Assembly: GCA_965261595.1 (NCBI GenBank)
Contig: CBDHDG010000004.1
Span: 256,001 to 320,000 of the forward strand
Direction of reading: 5' to 3'
Origin: a bacterium
Lineage (GTDB): Bacteria; UBA8248; JACPRG01; G963555815
Length of the DNA: 64,000 bases
Numbering within the stretch: the first letter of the stretch is position 1; every line of letters starts with the position of its first letter. Positions 12,005-21,698 of this stretch are shown here, piece after piece. A program made the translations under genes and the position numbers. The notes below the pieces were generated by a model, which made no database searches, was not told where the DNA came from, and was given only the letters and a program-made list of their open reading frames with translations.

Positions 12005-12766
12005 CTGAACCCGATTCCAAAAATCAGCCCGGCGGGTCTGGCCGCCTGGGCGGGCGCCGGCCGCAGGGTCGCGCTCACCGGAGCGGGCGTCTCGGCCGAG
12101 AGCGGGATTCCGACCTTCCGGGGCGCCGGGGGTCTTTGGAACGGCCGGCGTCCCGAAACCCTGGCTTCTCCGGAGGCATTCGCGGCGGACCCGAAGCTGG
12201 TGTGGGAGTTCTACGACTGGCGGCGCTCGGTGATTCATCAAGCCGCGCCCAACCCCGCCCACGCCGCCCTCGCGGCGCTGGAAGAGGGGTCGGAAGGATT
12301 CGTCCTCCTGACGCAGAATATCGACGGGCTCCACCGGGACGCGGGGAGCCGAAACGTCGTCGAGCTTCACGGCAACATCTGGGAAGTCCGGAGCGCGGCG
12401 GGCGGAGAAGTCACCGAGAACCGTCAGGTCCCCCTCGACCCGCTGCCCCCCCGGACCGAAACCGGGGCGCTCCTGCGGCCCAACGTGGTGTGGTTCGGCG
12501 AAGGGCTGGACCCGAAGATTCTGGAGAAGGCGCTGGAAGCGGCCGCCCGATGCGACTTCATGATCGTCGCCGGGACCTCGGCCGCCGTCCAGCCGGCGGG
12601 GTGCCTTCCGGTCCTCGCCAAACAGAACGGGGCGTACGTCCTGGAGGTGAATCCGGAACCCACGCCGATCTCCGGGTGGGTGGACGAGACCCTGCTCGGA
12701 AAGGCGGGAGAGGTCCTGCCGGAGGTCGTCGAGGCCGTCGGCCGGGCCGGGCGGCCGGGCCGGTGA
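12005..12766 (+). CDS. cobB: NAD-dependent protein deacylase (sirtuin)
   Basis: Frame upstream of track start encodes LTGAGVSAESGIPTFRG; then TQNIDGLH, ELHGNI, LRPNVVWFGE, GTS; start at CTG 12005 is inferred. Confidence 0.88.
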   Translation: MNPIPKISPAGLAAWAGAGRRVALTGAGVSAESGIPTFRGAGGLWNGRRPETLASPEAFAADPKLVWEFYDWRRSVIHQAAPNPAHAALAALEEGSEGFVLLTQNIDGLHRDAGSRNVVELHGNIWEVRSAAGGEVTENRQVPLDPLPPRTETGALLRPNVVWFGEGLDPKILEKALEAAARCDFMIVAGTSAAVQPAGCLPVLAKQNGAYVLEVNPEPTPISGWVDETLLGKAGEVLPEVVEAVGRAGRPGR

Positions 12767-12815
12767 CACCCCGCCTTTTCCGCCCATTCACCGACATGCG
12801 AGGAAGCGAAAAGAA

Positions 12816-14078
12816 TTGAAACCGGAAACGATTCGCGCCGTGAGGGGCGTTCAGGACATCCTGCCCGCGCGGACGCCGGCGTGGCAGCATGTGGAGGCCG
12901 TCGCCCGCCGGGCGTTCCACCGGTATGGATTCGGCGAGATTAAGATCCCCATCTTCGAGCAGACCCGTCTCTTCACCCGGGGGATCGGCGAATCCACCGA
13001 CATCGTTCACAAAGAGATGTACACCTTCGAGGACCGGAGCGGGGACAGCCTGACCCTGCGGCCCGAGGCCACGGCCTCGATCGTTCGCGCCTATCGGGAG
13101 CACCACCTCGACAAGACGGGCGACGTGACAAAGCTCTACTTCATCGGCCCGATGTTCCGCTATGAGCGGCCCCAGGCCGGACGGCTCCGCCAGTTCCACC
13201 AAATCGATTGCGAGGTCTTCGGCGCGTCGCATCCGGCCGTGGACGCGGAGATCATCGCCCTGGCATGGGAGATCCTCTCGGCGCTGGGTCTGACGGGCCT
13301 GGACGTGGAGATCAACACCCTGGGAGACCCCGGCGACCGCCCGGCCTACCTGAAGGTCCTGCGCGCCTACTTCACCGGCCATCTGGATCGCCTGTGCGAA
13401 GACTGCGACCGCCGGTTCCGGGAAAACCCCCTTCGCATCCTGGACTGCAAGAAACCCGGGTGCCGGGAGGTCGCCGCGGCGTCCCCCGCGCTCTTCGACC
13501 ACGTGAGCCGCGCCTCGCGGGAAACCTTCGAGAAGGTCCTGCGCCTCCTGGATGAGGAGAAGATCCCCCACCGGGTCAATCCGCACCTGGTTCGGGGCCT
13601 GGATTACTACACCCACACGGCTTTCGAGATCACGGCGGAAGGCCTCGGCGCGCAAAACACGGTCGCGGGGGGCGGACGGTACGACGGTCTCGTGGAGGCC
13701 CTGGGCGGCCCTCCCACGCCGGCCACCGGCTTCGCCATCGGGATGGAGCGCCTGATCTCGCTCCTCCCCGAGACGGGGGACGGGCGCGACGAGCGGAAGG
13801 TCTTCCTGGTCGCTTTGGGCGGGCGGGCCTCGGAGCGGGCGTTCGGCTGGGCGCAACAGTGGCGAAGGGCGGGGCTCTCGGTCCTGTGGGACTTCGACGG
13901 GCGCAGCCTGAAGGCCCAAATGAAAAAGGCCGACCGCTCCGGCGCGGCGTTCGCCGTCCTCATCGGCGAGGATGAGATCGAGACGGGGGCGGCGCGCGTC
14001 CGGGATCTGCGCGACGGCGTCCAACGAGCCGTGCCCTTCGATGAAATCCCGGCGCGAATCCTGGAGGAGCTCAGTTGA
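12816..14078 (+). CDS. hisS: Histidine--tRNA ligase
   Basis: LRPEATAS, FRYERPQAGRLRQFHQ, LVRGLDYY, GGRYDGL, GFAIGMER. Confidence 0.97.
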   Translation: MKPETIRAVRGVQDILPARTPAWQHVEAVARRAFHRYGFGEIKIPIFEQTRLFTRGIGESTDIVHKEMYTFEDRSGDSLTLRPEATASIVRAYREHHLDKTGDVTKLYFIGPMFRYERPQAGRLRQFHQIDCEVFGASHPAVDAEIIALAWEILSALGLTGLDVEINTLGDPGDRPAYLKVLRAYFTGHLDRLCEDCDRRFRENPLRILDCKKPGCREVAAASPALFDHVSRASRETFEKVLRLLDEEKIPHRVNPHLVRGLDYYTHTAFEITAEGLGAQNTVAGGGRYDGLVEALGGPPTPATGFAIGMERLISLLPETGDGRDERKVFLVALGGRASERAFGWAQQWRRAGLSVLWDFDGRSLKAQMKKADRSGAAFAVLIGEDEIETGAARVRDLRDGVQRAVPFDEIPARILEELS

Positions 14079-14523
14079 TTTTCCGGGGGGCGTCCTCTTG
14101 GGAGGAGGGGGGAGGGGACTCCCTCCAGACAGCATGGGCCCGGACCGTGACGGTCGACTGTCCAAACCGGCGCATGACCTTCTGAACCACCCACCGTTGG
14201 ATGACCGGCCGCGTGGCCGGAACCAGGCAAAAGAACCCGGCGGCGTCCGTGATCAACCCGGGCGTCAACAAAAGCGCCCCCCCCACCAGGATAAACGCCC
14301 CGTCGACGAGCTCGGAGGACGGCGGCTCCCCCACCTTGATGGATTCCCGGATGCGGCGAAGGACGCCGATGCCCTCCGCCCTGGCGAGCCACGCCCCGGC
14401 CGCGCCCGTGATGACAACAATGGAGATGGTGTACACCGCCCCGATTTCCTGCCCCACACGGATGAGGATGGCAAGCTCCAGCAGCGGCACGGCCGTAAAC
14501 AACGGGAATAGCTTGAAGACCAT
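14071..14523 (-). CDS. fxsA: FxsA family membrane protein
   Basis: PLLELAILIRVG...GGALLLTPGLITD. Confidence 0.88.
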   Translation of the reverse strand: MVFKLFPLFTAVPLLELAILIRVGQEIGAVYTISIVVITGAAGAWLARAEGIGVLRRIRESIKVGEPPSSELVDGAFILVGGALLLTPGLITDAAGFFCLVPATRPVIQRWVVQKVMRRFGQSTVTVRAHAVWRESPPPSSQEDAPRKIN

Positions 14524-14666
14524 CGGAGAGCTCCTCGAGAAACACCCTCGTCCGAAACCGGTTTCACCCTCTCTCCCCACGATAACCACGCCGCTTCGCC
14601 CCGTCAAATCCGACTTGCGGATGATAAGGCCGGAAATGGCTTCTGCCTGATTGTGTTAAGGTTCCG

Positions 14667-14695
14667 TTGCGTACACGTATTTGCGTGTATAAAAT
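14667..14695 (+). promoter_or_regulatory. sigma70-type promoter with palindromic spacer, upstream of K+ channel
   Basis: TTGCGT-N17-TAAAAT; TACACG-N6-CGTGTA at 14672-14689. Confidence 0.5.
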
Positions 14696-15227
14696 AACAC
14701 TCAGGTCAGTTGATGAGGTGGACGGAGCTTTGGAGCGCGAATGTTCAGAAAAATCTGGGTGCTGGTCGGAATGCTTCTGGCCGTCTTCGTGGTTGGCACC
14801 CTCGGCTATGCGGTCATCGAGGAGGACTGGAGTTTATTCGACGCCTTTTACATGACGGTCATTTCGTTGACCACGGTGGGATACGGTGAGACCCGGCCGC
14901 TGACGGTTCAAGGCAGGGTGTTCACCGTTTTTCTCCTGCTCGGAGGTGTCGGGACCCTGGCCTACGGGATCTCCACCACGACGGCGTTCCTGGTTGGTGG
15001 ACAGTTCACCCAGTTGATGAGGGAGCGGAGCTTGGAAGCGAAGATCCAACGGTTATCCGGCCACATCGTGGTGTGCGGACTCGGAGAGACCGGACGCCAC
15101 GTGGCGGAGGAGTTCCGGAACACCGACCACGCCTTTGTCGCCGTGGAAACGGATCGGGAGAGGATCGAAGCGAGGCTCCAGTGGACCGCCCCTGGGTTAT
15201 TGGACACTCGGGTGAGGGTATTCGACC

Positions 15228-16145
15228 TCATGCGGCCTCCGCAACTTGAGCGAGTTTTTCCTGCCTTGCCTGGGCCGGCGTTCGGTAGCCGTAGCCCTCG
15301 AGAATCCAATGATGGTTGTACAGGTTCTTGAACTCAAGCAGCGCCCACCGCAGTTCCTCTACGGTGGCGAAAGAGCGCACCCACAGGAGATTCTCCTTCA
15401 AGATGCGGATGAACCACTCACAGTAGCCATTTCCCTCGGGCGCCCGCACGAAGCTGGGCGAACTGGTCATGCCCAGGTAGGCGATCTCCCGCTGAAAGTC
15501 ATCGGACAGATAGGCGGGGCCGTGGTCGTGACGAACTTTAAGCCCCTCGGCGACGTCCGCCTCCAAGCCGGCGAAGCGCTCGGCGACCCCCTGCCGGATC
15601 GGCTCCAGGGCCTCGAAGCGGTTGCCGCTCTTGGCCGCATGGATCCCCACGCAGTCCACCGAGCAGTGATCCACCGCCACGAACACCGAGGCCATCCCCT
15701 CCTCGGTGGTCACCGTCGTCGTCATGTGCGTGCCCCACATTCGGTCGGGCCGCTCGGTGCGGATGGTCCCGTTGTGGGCCTTGGGACCTCGGGGTTTGCC
15801 CACCCGGTGGGGGGCCTGAAGCCCCGCCTCCCGCATCAGGCGACGCACCCGCTCCTTGCTGGTGCGGATGCCCGCGAAGCGCAGCCTCGCCCACACCTTG
15901 CGGTAGCCCTCGCCATGGAAGGGAGAGTCCTCCAGGACCTGCCGGATGTGGCCGAGGAGTTCCGCATCGGTGCACGGGCCCACAGGGCCGCGCTTATTGG
16001 GCGTGGGGCGTTCATGAACGGGGACCGCCTCTCGCCGCCGTTGCGCGTAGACCGTGGAGCGCGCCAAGCCCCAAAGGGCGCACACCCGCTTCAGGCCGTA
16101 GGCTCTGCCCGTGGAGGTGAAGCGGGCCTGACTCATCGCCTCCAC
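15228..16145 (-). CDS. IS3-family OrfB (rve integrase fold), probably inactive
   Basis: GYRKVWARL, WGTH (D expected), RHDHG, PEGNGYCE. Confidence 0.85.
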   Translation of the reverse strand: MEAMSQARFTSTGRAYGLKRVCALWGLARSTVYAQRRREAVPVHERPTPNKRGPVGPCTDAELLGHIRQVLEDSPFHGEGYRKVWARLRFAGIRTSKERVRRLMREAGLQAPHRVGKPRGPKAHNGTIRTERPDRMWGTHMTTTVTTEEGMASVFVAVDHCSVDCVGIHAAKSGNRFEALEPIRQGVAERFAGLEADVAEGLKVRHDHGPAYLSDDFQREIAYLGMTSSPSFVRAPEGNGYCEWFIRILKENLLWVRSFATVEELRWALLEFKNLYNHHWILEGYGYRTPAQARQEKLAQVAEAA

Positions 16146-16519
16146 CTCCTGCCGGCTAAAGGGCGGCCGGCCTCCAGGCGGTCGATCTTCTCCCGCAGGA
16201 CCTCGCCCTCCATCGTGAGTTCGCCCACCTTGGCCTTGAGCCGGGCGTTCTCCTCGTCCCGCTCATCCGCCGGGCGGGCTTTGAGCGCCGCCTCGCCCCC
16301 GCGAAGGAACGCCTCGCGCCAAGCGGAAAGCCGAGCCGCTGTCGTGCCCAACTCGCGGCAGAGCGTCTCCAGGCTCTCGCCCCGCAAAAGACGCAGGACC
16401 GCCTCCCGCTTGCGCTGGCAGGAGAACCGACCCCGCTCACTGCGATGCCCTGGGGCCTTGGCTCCGTTCGCCCTGCGGGCGCCCTCCGCCAAAGCCCCCT
16501 CTTGCTTTTGTTCGTTCAT
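16133..16519 (-). CDS. IS3-family OrfA (HTH)
   Basis: RKREAVLRLLRGESLETLCRELG plus coiled coil. Confidence 0.85.
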   Translation of the reverse strand: MNEQKQEGALAEGARRANGAKAPGHRSERGRFSCQRKREAVLRLLRGESLETLCRELGTTAARLSAWREAFLRGGEAALKARPADERDEENARLKAKVGELTMEGEVLREKIDRLEAGRPLAGRRWRR

Positions 16520-17170
16520 CGCGACACCCCTTTCTCCATGAATCATGGATCAATCGAGTGTCCAACAAAACCCTAGAGCGGGGGACCAGGACGATCCCAG
16601 ACTCCTCTACATTGAAGGGGACGCCACCAACGAGGGGTGCCTGGAGCGCGCCAACATCCAGAAGGCGTCGGGTCTGGTGACCTGTCTGCCCGATGACAAG
16701 GCCAACATCTTTGTCGTCCTCGCCGCCCGGGAGCTCTGCCCCGAGATCCGGATCATCTCGAGGGTCATTCACCGGGACGCGGAATCCAAGCTGCGGAAGG
16801 TCGGCGCCGACGGAACGGTGTCGGCCAACTTCATGGGCGGCATGCGGATGGCCTCGGAGATGGTCCGTCCGGCGGTCGTCTCCTTCCTCGACACCATGCT
16901 GCGGGATTCCCGGGGGACTTACCGGGTCGAAGAGACCGCCATCCGCGAAGGCTCATTCCTTTGCGGAAAGATGCTACGCGCGGGCGAAATCCCGCAAAAG
17001 ACCGGTCTGCTCGTCCTCGCCGTCCAGAAGTCGGGCGACCCTAATTACCTGTACAACCCGGAAGCCGATTGCCTCCTTGAAGCGGAAGACCTCGTTGTGG
17101 TCATGGGGCGGTTGAATCAGATTCAAGACCTCCGGGAACTCGCCGGCCCCGCATAAGCCGGAGACCAGGC

Positions 17171-17971
17171 ATGGCCAAGCCGCAGAAGACCAAACCCGCG
17201 CCCCGGGCGATGGACCACACGCTGGAAGCGGTCCCCTGGGCCATCGAATTCGCGAACACCCCCCTGTCCGAGGACAACTGGAGGGACCACCTGTGGAGAT
17301 GGTTCGCCGTGACGGTGGAGCCGGATGAGGAGGTCGCGCCCGAGGCGGACGAGACGCACCCTCGGGGCAAGCGCTCCCCGCAGTGGCACTTCGGCGGCAT
17401 GGCCCCCACGCTGGGCCATATTCACCGGACGCAGGAAAGCATTCGCGAGACCCTGAGAACCCTGTCCGACAAGGGAACGGTCCCGCGGGACGTGGTCGAG
17501 CGGGTCAACAGCTACCTGATGGGCCTGCACGGCTTCAAATTTCACATCACCTCGGATTTAACGGACGGGGATCGGAACGGCGGCCGGGAGACCTCCGCTC
17601 CGCCGGACGGGGATTCAAAGGCGGCGGCCTCCGGCCCGGGCGCCTCGGGCAACGGCAAGGGCGTCCAACCTCAAACCCTCCGCCTTGAACCCATGACCTT
17701 CGACTTGAGAAGTCTGTTCTACTATCGCTTCTCCCTCTTCCTGATCAGCGCCGCCGCGCACCGCGTGCGGAAGTGCAAACAATGCGAAGGACACTTCATC
17801 CAGCGCTTCAATCACCGTAAGCTCTATTGCAGTGATCTCTGCCGATTCCGGTCTCACAACCGGTCGCGCACGCCGAAGAAGACGACCGGACACAAGCGCG
17901 GGGCCCAAGCGCCGCCTGCGAACTCCTACGTCAGGTGGCGCAAGTACGAGGGGGAATCCACCCCCGACTGA
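17171..17971 (+). CDS. CGNR zinc-finger domain protein
   Basis: AIEFANT near N-terminus; CKQC...YCSDLCR near C-terminus. Confidence 0.7.
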   Translation: MAKPQKTKPAPRAMDHTLEAVPWAIEFANTPLSEDNWRDHLWRWFAVTVEPDEEVAPEADETHPRGKRSPQWHFGGMAPTLGHIHRTQESIRETLRTLSDKGTVPRDVVERVNSYLMGLHGFKFHITSDLTDGDRNGGRETSAPPDGDSKAAASGPGASGNGKGVQPQTLRLEPMTFDLRSLFYYRFSLFLISAAAHRVRKCKQCEGHFIQRFNHRKLYCSDLCRFRSHNRSRTPKKTTGHKRGAQAPPANSYVRWRKYEGESTPD

Positions 17972-17993
17972 GCCCCGAGGGCGGGCCTTTCCG

Positions 17994-20171
17994 TTGCCGC
18001 TTTTTGAACATCTGCGCAAGGATCGCATGCGCCTGTTCGCCGCTCTGTGCGTGGGCGCGTCGGTCTTCGCCGGGATCTCGATCCTTTGGGCGCTCGATCT
18101 GTTCGAGCTCGCCGAGCTGAAAGCGCTGGATCACCACTTCGTTCGCTACGCCAACCCTGAAAAGGCAAACCGCGACATCGTCGTCGTCGCCATTGATGAA
18201 GCCAGCCTGGACCATTTCGAAGACCAGTTGGGCCGCTGGCCGTGGCCAAGAACGGTGCACGCCTATGTGGTGGATTTCCTCAAGATGGGCGGCGCAAAGC
18301 GCATTGCCTTCGATATCCTGTTCCTGGAGCCCGACAAGTCCAGCGACGAGGACGACGAGAACTTCGCCGCGTCGCTGAAAAAAGCGGGAAACGTTATTTT
18401 GCCGATGTTGTTCGACAAGAAGACGTCCGGTGGGCGCGCGGCGCGCTCCTCTCCCGCCGCCGCCCGTTGGCGGGTGAGATCGGCTGTGAACATCCTGGGG
18501 CGCGACGGCTCGCGGGCCCTTCCGTACAGCGGCGCGAACCTGCCCATCCCGGCGCTGCTCGATTCGGCCGAGGGGATCGGGTCCATCAATCTTCAGTCCG
18601 ACCCGGACGGCCCAAGTCGCAGGCTGAAGCCGTTGTTCCTTTATCAAAAGCGTCGCTATGCCGTGTTCCCGCTGACTATCGCCATGCGGGTTCTCGGGAC
18701 GCGGAGCGTCCGGTTCACCCGGGCGGGGGAGCTGGCCGTCGGCGGCGTCAAGATACCGCTGAACCGCCGGGGCGAGATGATCCTGAAGTGGCACGGACCT
18801 TCAGACCGGATTCACCCCATTTATCCCATCGCCAAGGTTCTCTCTTCGTTCAAGCAGATCCACGACGGGAAAAAACCCGACCTGGACCCGAAGGTCTTCA
18901 AAGACAAGATCGTCCTCATCGCCGGAACCGCCGCCGGCACTTACGACTTGCGGGTGACGCCCTACTCTTCCAAGATGCCGGGCGTGTTCATCCATATCGC
19001 CGCCCTGGACAACATTCTGGCCGGAGACTTCCTGCGCGAGACGCGGGGAAAAGTCGCCCTGGGCGCGCTGGCGCTGTTGTGCCTGCTGACGGCGGTCACG
19101 CTGGTCGCCTTCTCGACCTTCCGGGTCAAGATCGCGCTGGTCCTCGCCTACGCGGCCGGTTATTACGGGCTTTCGATTTGGCTCTTTCGCGCGGCGGGCC
19201 GCTGGGTGGACCTGGTCACGCCGGAAACCGGCGTCTTCGCGACCTTCCTGGCCGTCTCCGTCCTGGAATATTTCACCGAGGGCAAGCGCAAGCGGCAGGT
19301 CAAGCACATTTTCCAGCACTACATGACCCCCACGGTTGTCGAAAAATTATTGGAGAACCCCGACGACGTGAAACTCGGCGGGGAAAAGAAAGAGCTGACC
19401 GTGTTCTTCTCCGACCTGAAAGGTTTCACCTCGATTTCCGAAGGCCTGACACCGGAAAGACTCGTCCTCCTGCTGAACCGTTACCTCACGGCGATGACCG
19501 ACATCATCCTCGCGCACGAGGGATACCTGGATAAATATGAAGGCGACGCCATCATGGCCGTCTTCGGGACGCCGCTGGATCAGCCGAGACACGCGACGCT
19601 GGCCTGTCACGCGGCGCTGGAGAACCAGCAGAAGCTCGAATCCCTCCGCGTGGAGCTTCTCAGCGAAGGGTTTCCCGAGCTCCGTTGCCGGATCGGCCTG
19701 AATTCGGGTCCCATGGCCGTCGGGAACATGGGGTCGCAAAGCCGGATGGACTATACGGTCATGGGAGACGCCGTCAACCTGGGCGCCCGCCTCGAAGGGG
19801 CCGGCAAACAGTACGGCACGGAGATCCTCATCGGGGAGACCACCTACGCCCTCGCGAAAGAGGACATCGAGGCCCGGGAGATCGACCTGATTCGGGTCCA
19901 GGGAAAAAAGGCCCCCGTCCGGGTCTACGAGCTGTTATCCAAGAAGGGCGAGCTGCCGCCCGAGAGGGCCGGGCTGCTTGAGGACTACCGCAAAGGGCTC
20001 GCCGCCTACCGGCAAAAGGAGTGGGAGGAAGCGACCCGCCGCTTCGGGGCCGTGCTGGAGAAAAACCCCCACGACGGTCCCTCCCGGGTGTACATGGAGC
20101 GATGCGAAGAATTTCTGCGAACCCCGCCCGCCGGTGATTGGGACGGCGTTTACGAGATGAAAACCAAATGA
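17994..20171 (+). CDS. CHASE2-domain class III adenylate cyclase
   Basis: VAIDEASL, WPWPR, FDILF, three TMs, FSDLKGFT, DKYEGDAIM, DYTVMGDAVNLGARLE; start 17994 or 18027. Confidence 0.92.
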   Translation: MPLFEHLRKDRMRLFAALCVGASVFAGISILWALDLFELAELKALDHHFVRYANPEKANRDIVVVAIDEASLDHFEDQLGRWPWPRTVHAYVVDFLKMGGAKRIAFDILFLEPDKSSDEDDENFAASLKKAGNVILPMLFDKKTSGGRAARSSPAAARWRVRSAVNILGRDGSRALPYSGANLPIPALLDSAEGIGSINLQSDPDGPSRRLKPLFLYQKRRYAVFPLTIAMRVLGTRSVRFTRAGELAVGGVKIPLNRRGEMILKWHGPSDRIHPIYPIAKVLSSFKQIHDGKKPDLDPKVFKDKIVLIAGTAAGTYDLRVTPYSSKMPGVFIHIAALDNILAGDFLRETRGKVALGALALLCLLTAVTLVAFSTFRVKIALVLAYAAGYYGLSIWLFRAAGRWVDLVTPETGVFATFLAVSVLEYFTEGKRKRQVKHIFQHYMTPTVVEKLLENPDDVKLGGEKKELTVFFSDLKGFTSISEGLTPERLVLLLNRYLTAMTDIILAHEGYLDKYEGDAIMAVFGTPLDQPRHATLACHAALENQQKLESLRVELLSEGFPELRCRIGLNSGPMAVGNMGSQSRMDYTVMGDAVNLGARLEGAGKQYGTEILIGETTYALAKEDIEAREIDLIRVQGKKAPVRVYELLSKKGELPPERAGLLEDYRKGLAAYRQKEWEEATRRFGAVLEKNPHDGPSRVYMERCEEFLRTPPAGDWDGVYEMKTK

Positions 20172-20221
20172 GGAACCGCCGTCGAGGTTCTCAAGACCCC
20201 TTTTCGCGGAAGGAGACACCC

Positions 20222-20734
20222 GTGAAGCGAATCATTTTTGTCAGCGCGGTATCGGCCGCCCTAATCGCGGCCGGATGGGCCGCGGTCCCGGAGGCCCTGG
20301 CGGAGACCGTCTACGTCCGCGCCCGCTCCGCCAAGATCCGCTCCGGCCGGACGGCCCTGGACCGGGTGGTGGAGCGGGTCCGCCGCGGCACGCCCCTCGA
20401 GGTCCTCGAAAAGGACGGGCGCTGGCTCCTGGTGAAAACGCCGAAGGACAACGAAGGCTGGGTCTACGCGTCCCGCACCAGCCCGGAAGAGCCGGAGAAG
20501 GACGGCGGGCTGCTGGCCCTTATCGGGAAGGAGTTCCGGAGAGACGCCGCCGGAACGGCCGCCTCGGCCGGCGCGCGCGGGCTGGACAAGGTGGCCGAAG
20601 ACTACGCCCGGCGGACCGGCGTCACGGCCGCCCACATTGCCGCCATCAACCGGATGGAAAAGTTCTCGGCCCGGATCAGCGAGGGGCAAGTGGAAGGCTT
20701 TCTCCGCAAGGGGAAGGTGGGGGAATATCGATGA
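20222..20734 (+). CDS. Secreted SH3b-domain protein
   Basis: SD AAGGAG + GTG, signal peptide, GRWLLVKT...EGWVY, ASAGARGL. Confidence 0.75.
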   Translation: MKRIIFVSAVSAALIAAGWAAVPEALAETVYVRARSAKIRSGRTALDRVVERVRRGTPLEVLEKDGRWLLVKTPKDNEGWVYASRTSPEEPEKDGGLLALIGKEFRRDAAGTAASAGARGLDKVAEDYARRTGVTAAHIAAINRMEKFSARISEGQVEGFLRKGKVGEYR

Positions 20735-21564
20735 GACACCTGGAATTTTTGAAAAGAGCGCTTCTCTCGATGTTTGCCGTCCTCGTCCTGGCCTCCTGCG
20801 CCGAGGTCGAGAAAGGCGTCGAGTTCATCAAAACCGAAAAGGGACAGCAGATCATCAAGGGCGCGGGGTCCGCCGTAAGCGGCCTCCTGCCCATCGGCGC
20901 GCGGGAAGAAAGGGCCATCGGCGGCGCCCTCGCCTCCCAGGTCGTCGCCCGGTACGGCGGCCTGGTCCGGAACCGCTCCCTGCTCAGGTACGTCAACCTG
21001 GTCGGGAAGGCCGTCGCCATGACCTCGGACTGGCCGGAGATCGATTACACCTTCGGCGTCCTCAACAACAACAAGGTGAACGCCTTCGCCGCTCCGGGCG
21101 GTTACGTGTTCGTGACCAAGGGGCTCTTGCGCCGCGTTCAGAGCGAAGCCGAGCTGGCGTGCGTCCTGGGTCATGAAATCGCCCACGTCACGGAAAAGCA
21201 CATCCTCAACGTCATCCGCCGCAGCCGGGCCATCTCCGGACTGGCCCAAGTGACGCTGGCCTCGCTGGACAAAAACCCCGAGGCGTTCGACGAGATGATC
21301 AAGGAAGGAATGAAATCGCTCTTCGAAAACGGCCTCGACCAAAACCTGGAATTCGAGGCGGACCGCGTAGGCGCGGACTACTGCACCCGCGTCGGTTACG
21401 ACCCCGCCGGCGCGCGGCAATACCTTTTGACGATCCAGTCGCTCCGCCCGAGGGAGGCGGACATCGTCCTGGAATCCACGCACCCCTCCGGCCGGGAACG
21501 GTTGGACGAGCTGGACGAGTTCCTGCTCAAAGTGGAGCCCCCCCCGGCGGCTGGTCCATGCTGA
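20731..21564 (+). CDS. M48-family metallopeptidase lipoprotein
   Basis: LASC lipobox, NAFAAPGG, HEIAH, EFEAD, THP; last residues possibly shifted in the C8 run at 21538-21545. Confidence 0.88.
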   Translation: MRHLEFLKRALLSMFAVLVLASCAEVEKGVEFIKTEKGQQIIKGAGSAVSGLLPIGAREERAIGGALASQVVARYGGLVRNRSLLRYVNLVGKAVAMTSDWPEIDYTFGVLNNNKVNAFAAPGGYVFVTKGLLRRVQSEAELACVLGHEIAHVTEKHILNVIRRSRAISGLAQVTLASLDKNPEAFDEMIKEGMKSLFENGLDQNLEFEADRVGADYCTRVGYDPAGARQYLLTIQSLRPREADIVLESTHPSGRERLDELDEFLLKVEPPPAAGPC

Positions 21565-21698
21565 CGGGCCGCTACCGCCGCGCAAAGGCGCGCGGGAGGA
21601 TTTAGACGTGGATAAAGGCTTCTTCCCGAACGAATGATATCCTGAAAGGGAGAAAGAGGTCCCCCGGACGTCAGAGGCGGCCCCTCGAAGAGGCGATG

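Larger units (their letters stand above)
15182..16585 (-). mobile_element. IS3-family insertion sequence (1404 bp)
   Basis: Imperfect IRs sharing TTGGACACTCG; 4-bp target duplication CCAG (15178-15181, 16586-16589); orfA and orfB. Confidence 0.9.
14741..17156 (+). pseudogene. RCK (TrkA-N/TrkA-C)-gated potassium channel interrupted by IS
   Basis: TTVGYG filter and GLGETG before the IS; GDAT and TrkA-C after; removing the IS plus one CCAG restores ...IEARLQDDPRLLYIEGDAT... Confidence 0.9.

Noticed and set aside
11903..12005. comEC and cobB in the same frame across one TGA (readthrough or selenocysteine fusion)
   Set aside because: comEC ends naturally, the linker is not protein-like, no SECIS is evident; a CTG start is simpler
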